Of a stretch of 64,000 bases of DNA, positions 60,378 to 64,000 are shown piece by piece. Source of the DNA: Nitrospirales bacterium (GTDB taxonomy: Bacteria; Nitrospirota; Nitrospiria; Nitrospirales; UBA8639); the NCBI GenBank assembly GCA_963555755.3, contig OY820905.2:1664001-1728000 (forward strand). Reading direction: 5' to 3'. A model generated the notes under the pieces. It was not told where the DNA came from. It was given only the letters and a program-made list of their open reading frames with translations, and made no database searches. Both the position numbers and the translations under genes were made by a program. Position 1 is the first letter of the stretch, and each line of letters opens with the position of its first letter.

Positions 60378-62807
60378 TTACACACTTACCATAGCTTCTT
60401 CCTCAATAAAGAATGGGGCCTTGTCTCGAAGTACGACTTTAATTTTTCGCACGTCCTTGAATCGCCCTTTAATCAGTTCCTCCGACAGCGGATCACCTAA
60501 GAGCTTTTGAAGGGTACGCCGCATCGGTCTCGCCCCGTATTGCGGCTGATATCCTTCCTCAATGAGCCATTGCTTGACTTCTTCTTCAATATCCAACTCC
60601 ACATCCCGCTCAGCAAGCCGTTGATTCAATTCCTTAATCAGAATATTCATAATCTCAATGAGATGCGTTTTTTCCAAAGGATGAAAGACCACGAATTCGT
60701 CAACGCGATTCAAAAATTCAGGGCTGAAAGTACGTTTTAACTCATCAAGGACCTCACCCTTCATACGCTCTCGACTGTCGGCTATATCTTCTTTTTGAAA
60801 TCCGAGCGAGACACCTTTTTGAATCAACTTGGTTCCCAAATTTGAGGTCATCACAAGAATCGTATTTTTGAAATCGACTTTTCGGCCCAAGCTATCCGTC
60901 AACACACCATCGTCCAAGACTTGGAGCAACACATTGAAGATGTCTGGATGGGCCTTTTCAATTTCGTCAAACAAGACAACCGAATACGGACGTCTCCGCA
61001 CTTTCTCGGTTAATTGTCCACCTTCTTCGTACCCGACGTAGCCAGGAGGGGCACCAAACAACCGCGAACTGGTAAATTTTTCTTGATACTCGGACATATC
61101 AATTCTGATCAGAGAATCCTCGGTATTAAAGAGAAATTCTGCTAAGGCTCTCGCTAACTCCGTTTTCCCAACACCGGTTGGGCCTAAGTAGATAAAGGAC
61201 CCAATCGGCTTACGAGCATCTTTCAACCCGGCACGAGACCGCCGAATAGCCCGACATACTGCGGAAATGGCCTCGTCCTGACCAATAATCCGTTTGTGTA
61301 GGAACTCCTCCATGTGAAGAAGCTTTTCCGATTCCTCTTCTTCAAGTTTGAAAAGGGGAATGCCCGTAATCTTGGAGACCACGAAGCTAATATCTTCGCC
61401 CTTAATAACTGGTTTATCCTTCTCTTGTTTCTTTTTCCAATCGCGCTTGGCATCCTCTAACAGCTTCCGAAGACGTTCTTCTTCTTCCCGAAACTTCACG
61501 GCCTCTTCAAAATTTTGGAGACCAATCGCTACTTCCTTCTCACGAGCCACACGTTTTAATTCCTGTTCTAAGGACTTTAACTCCGGGGGCAAGGCATACG
61601 ATTGGAGTTTGGCTCGTGAACCCGTTTCGTCGATCAAATCGATGGCTTTGTCAGGAAAGAACCGATCAGTAATATATCGATCGGAGAGTTTCACGGCTTC
61701 TATCACGGCCTCATCCGAATATTCCACTCCATGATGTTCTTCATATCGATCTCGTAAACCGTGAATGATTTTAATGGTTTCATCGATGGATGGAGGATTC
61801 ACATAAATTGATTGGAACCGCCGCTTGAGCGCACCATCTTTTTCAATGTGCTTGCGATATTCATCCAATGTCGTGGCGCCAATGCATTGGATTTCTCCAC
61901 GTGACAAGGCTGGCTTGAGCATATTCGCCGCGTCAATAGACCCTTCCGCAGCTCCTGCTCCCACTAATGTATGCAACTCATCAATAAATAAAATAATATT
62001 GCCCGCTTGAACAATTTCTTTCATGACGACTTTCAGGCGTTCTTCAAATTGACCACGATATTTGGTGCCGGCAACCAACGAGCCAAGATCCAACGCAATA
62101 ACCCGTCGGTTTAATAAATTATCAGGGACATCCATCGAGACAATCCGTTGCGCAAGCCCCTCGACGATGGCCGTCTTTCCCACACCCGATTCTCCAATCA
62201 AGGCCGGATTGTTCTTTGTACGCCGGCTTAAGATCTGCAGGACTCTCTCTATTTCATCGCTACGACCAATTACCGGATCTAGCAGGGACTCTTGAGCGAG
62301 CTGAGTCAGATCTCTTCCAAATTCATCAAGGGCTGGAGTGCTGCTTTTCTTGTCTCGTTCACGAGTACCTGATTTTCGAAGGAAGGTGACGGTCAATTGT
62401 CGGGCTGTCAACAGATTTCCACCAAGACTTCTTAACACTTTTCCGCCGATTCCTTCTTCTTCTCGAAGGAGCCCGAGGAGAAGATGTTCGCTGCCAATAT
62501 GATTGTGCCCGAGTAGTCTTGCTTCTTCGACACCATATTCGATCACTTTTTTCACACGAGGACTAAAAGGAATTTCTCCAAACGTGACGGTGGTCCCGCC
62601 GCTTGGCAAATTCCGTTCAATCTCCAAACGGATTTGTTCAGGAGACAGCCCCATTTTCTTGATGATCATGAGGGCAATGCCATCCGATTCACGGAGAATA
62701 GCAAGCACAAGATGCTCCGTGCCCAGATAGTCATTCTGGTGGCGTTCAGCCTCTTCGCGGGCCAGGATAATGATCTTTCGGCCTCTGTCCGTAAATCGTT
62801 CGAACAT
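60378..62807 (-). CDS. clpC: ATP-dependent Clp protease ATP-binding subunit
   Basis: Clp N domain, two AAA+ modules (GVGKT) and a UVR-like middle domain. Confidence 0.96.
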   Translation of the reverse strand: MFERFTDRGRKIIILAREEAERHQNDYLGTEHLVLAILRESDGIALMIIKKMGLSPEQIRLEIERNLPSGGTTVTFGEIPFSPRVKKVIEYGVEEARLLGHNHIGSEHLLLGLLREEEGIGGKVLRSLGGNLLTARQLTVTFLRKSGTRERDKKSSTPALDEFGRDLTQLAQESLLDPVIGRSDEIERVLQILSRRTKNNPALIGESGVGKTAIVEGLAQRIVSMDVPDNLLNRRVIALDLGSLVAGTKYRGQFEERLKVVMKEIVQAGNIILFIDELHTLVGAGAAEGSIDAANMLKPALSRGEIQCIGATTLDEYRKHIEKDGALKRRFQSIYVNPPSIDETIKIIHGLRDRYEEHHGVEYSDEAVIEAVKLSDRYITDRFFPDKAIDLIDETGSRAKLQSYALPPELKSLEQELKRVAREKEVAIGLQNFEEAVKFREEEERLRKLLEDAKRDWKKKQEKDKPVIKGEDISFVVSKITGIPLFKLEEEESEKLLHMEEFLHKRIIGQDEAISAVCRAIRRSRAGLKDARKPIGSFIYLGPTGVGKTELARALAEFLFNTEDSLIRIDMSEYQEKFTSSRLFGAPPGYVGYEEGGQLTEKVRRRPYSVVLFDEIEKAHPDIFNVLLQVLDDGVLTDSLGRKVDFKNTILVMTSNLGTKLIQKGVSLGFQKEDIADSRERMKGEVLDELKRTFSPEFLNRVDEFVVFHPLEKTHLIEIMNILIKELNQRLAERDVELDIEEEVKQWLIEEGYQPQYGARPMRRTLQKLLGDPLSEELIKGRFKDVRKIKVVLRDKAPFFIEEEAMVSV

Positions 62808-63116
62808 TTTCCCCTCCTCCAGGGCAAGAAAATTTCGCGTCTGCTAACGACCAACCCTAAACTGACATGATGAAAGTCTAGCCACCATCCATTCACACTG
62901 TCAAGGTTGTACCACTACTCTATAACCCTAGGTTTTCATAATCATCGAGCCCCGTCAAGAGCCCCTATTTTCGACCACGCATTTTGATTGACTCAAGCAG
63001 CTGCACTGGATACAATTTTTGGTTCAGGTCCCCAGGTATCTGACCAAAGGGATATGTATGGACTGCGCCTGTTCTTCCCACCGTACAACCACTTTTCGTA
63101 AAATGACGAGTCGATC

Positions 63117-63968
63117 TTGAACACTATCGGCATTCTCACGAAACCCCAGTTCCCGGAATTAGAAACGGTGCTCAAGCAATTGGTGCGCTGGCTTCAATCC
63201 CAAAACAAAACCATCGTACTCGGTTCCTCAGCCGCCGCACTCCTTCACGAAGACAATTCCCACGGAGATCTAGCACTTGCCTCACAATCAGAACTGGTCA
63301 TTGTCCTCGGAGGTGACGGGACCATGCTCAGTGCCGCCCGCTTGGTTGAAACACGTTGCACCCCGATTCTTGGGGTGAATATGGGCGGCCTTGGATTTCT
63401 GACCGAGGTCACGGTTGAGAATCTATATGACTCACTGGAAAAAGTTTTCACTCAACAATTCTTCCTCGACAACCGCCTACGATTACAAGCAAGAATTTCC
63501 CACCATGATAGTCGTGAAGAGCAGGGCACGGCACTCAACGATATCGTGATCAGCAAGGGTGCCATGGGAAGAATGATTAAAACCCACATTCAGGTCGACA
63601 AACAATTTGTCACCCTCTTACGAGGCGATGGGGTCATCGTGTCTTCTCCTACTGGTTCCACGGCCTATAGCATGTCTTCTGGAGGACCCATTCTCGATCC
63701 TTCGTTAGATGCGCTCTTACTCACCCCTATTAGCCCCCATACGTTGACCCACCGCCCTCTTCTCGTCCCAAGTGACGTCTCTCTTGAGATCGCTCTGACC
63801 AACGGGGTTGAAGTTCGGGCCATATTCGACGGTCAGATTGGATTTGTCATGAATCAAGGTGACTCGATTTTGATCAGTGCATCCCCGCATCGGACCCACC
63901 TGATTCGTTTCCCAGACCGCACCTATTACGACATCCTACGCAACAAACTCAAATGGGGAAACGGGTAA
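63117..63968 (+). CDS. nadK: NAD kinase
   Basis: GGDGT, GLGFL, ND and PTGSTAYSMSSGGP. Confidence 0.96.
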   Translation: MNTIGILTKPQFPELETVLKQLVRWLQSQNKTIVLGSSAAALLHEDNSHGDLALASQSELVIVLGGDGTMLSAARLVETRCTPILGVNMGGLGFLTEVTVENLYDSLEKVFTQQFFLDNRLRLQARISHHDSREEQGTALNDIVISKGAMGRMIKTHIQVDKQFVTLLRGDGVIVSSPTGSTAYSMSSGGPILDPSLDALLLTPISPHTLTHRPLLVPSDVSLEIALTNGVEVRAIFDGQIGFVMNQGDSILISASPHRTHLIRFPDRTYYDILRNKLKWGNG

Positions 63969-64000
63969 GTTTCCCCATCGATTCACACCAATCTATTGGC

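Noticed and set aside
1..64000. CRISPR array
   Set aside because: No regularly spaced direct repeats with unique spacers were seen.

Overview
The window looks like a Nitrospirota (probably Nitrospirales) chromosome segment; this is inferred from the five-subunit 2-oxoglutarate:ferredoxin oxidoreductase operon and the core gene order. The left half (~1-32.6 kb) is an accessory envelope region. It holds glycosyltransferases, an aldo/keto reductase, a tandem HD-fold pair, a thiol-dioxygenase-like cupin, a UbiA/DprE1/DprE2 arabinofuranose-donor pathway and PEP-CTERM remnants. It is heavily disrupted by IS1595, IS256, two IS1634 and two DUF4338-fused ISAs1 elements (IS1634 and ISAs1 are nested reciprocally), plus a group II twintron. 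The right half is mostly housekeeping (pilD, rlmB, cysS, surE, for operon, tadA, tRNA-Ser, coaBC, rpoZ, gmk, yicC, nth, hflX, tsaD, clpC, nadK). The least explained signal is a set of 120-260 bp non-coding MITE-like elements in at least six families. They nest inside each other and share a central short hairpin. Their terminal inverted repeats differ between copies by mirrored substitutions, even where the interior is identical. Several sit on or supply gene 3' ends. All family assignments come from motif recognition by eye, with no database search.
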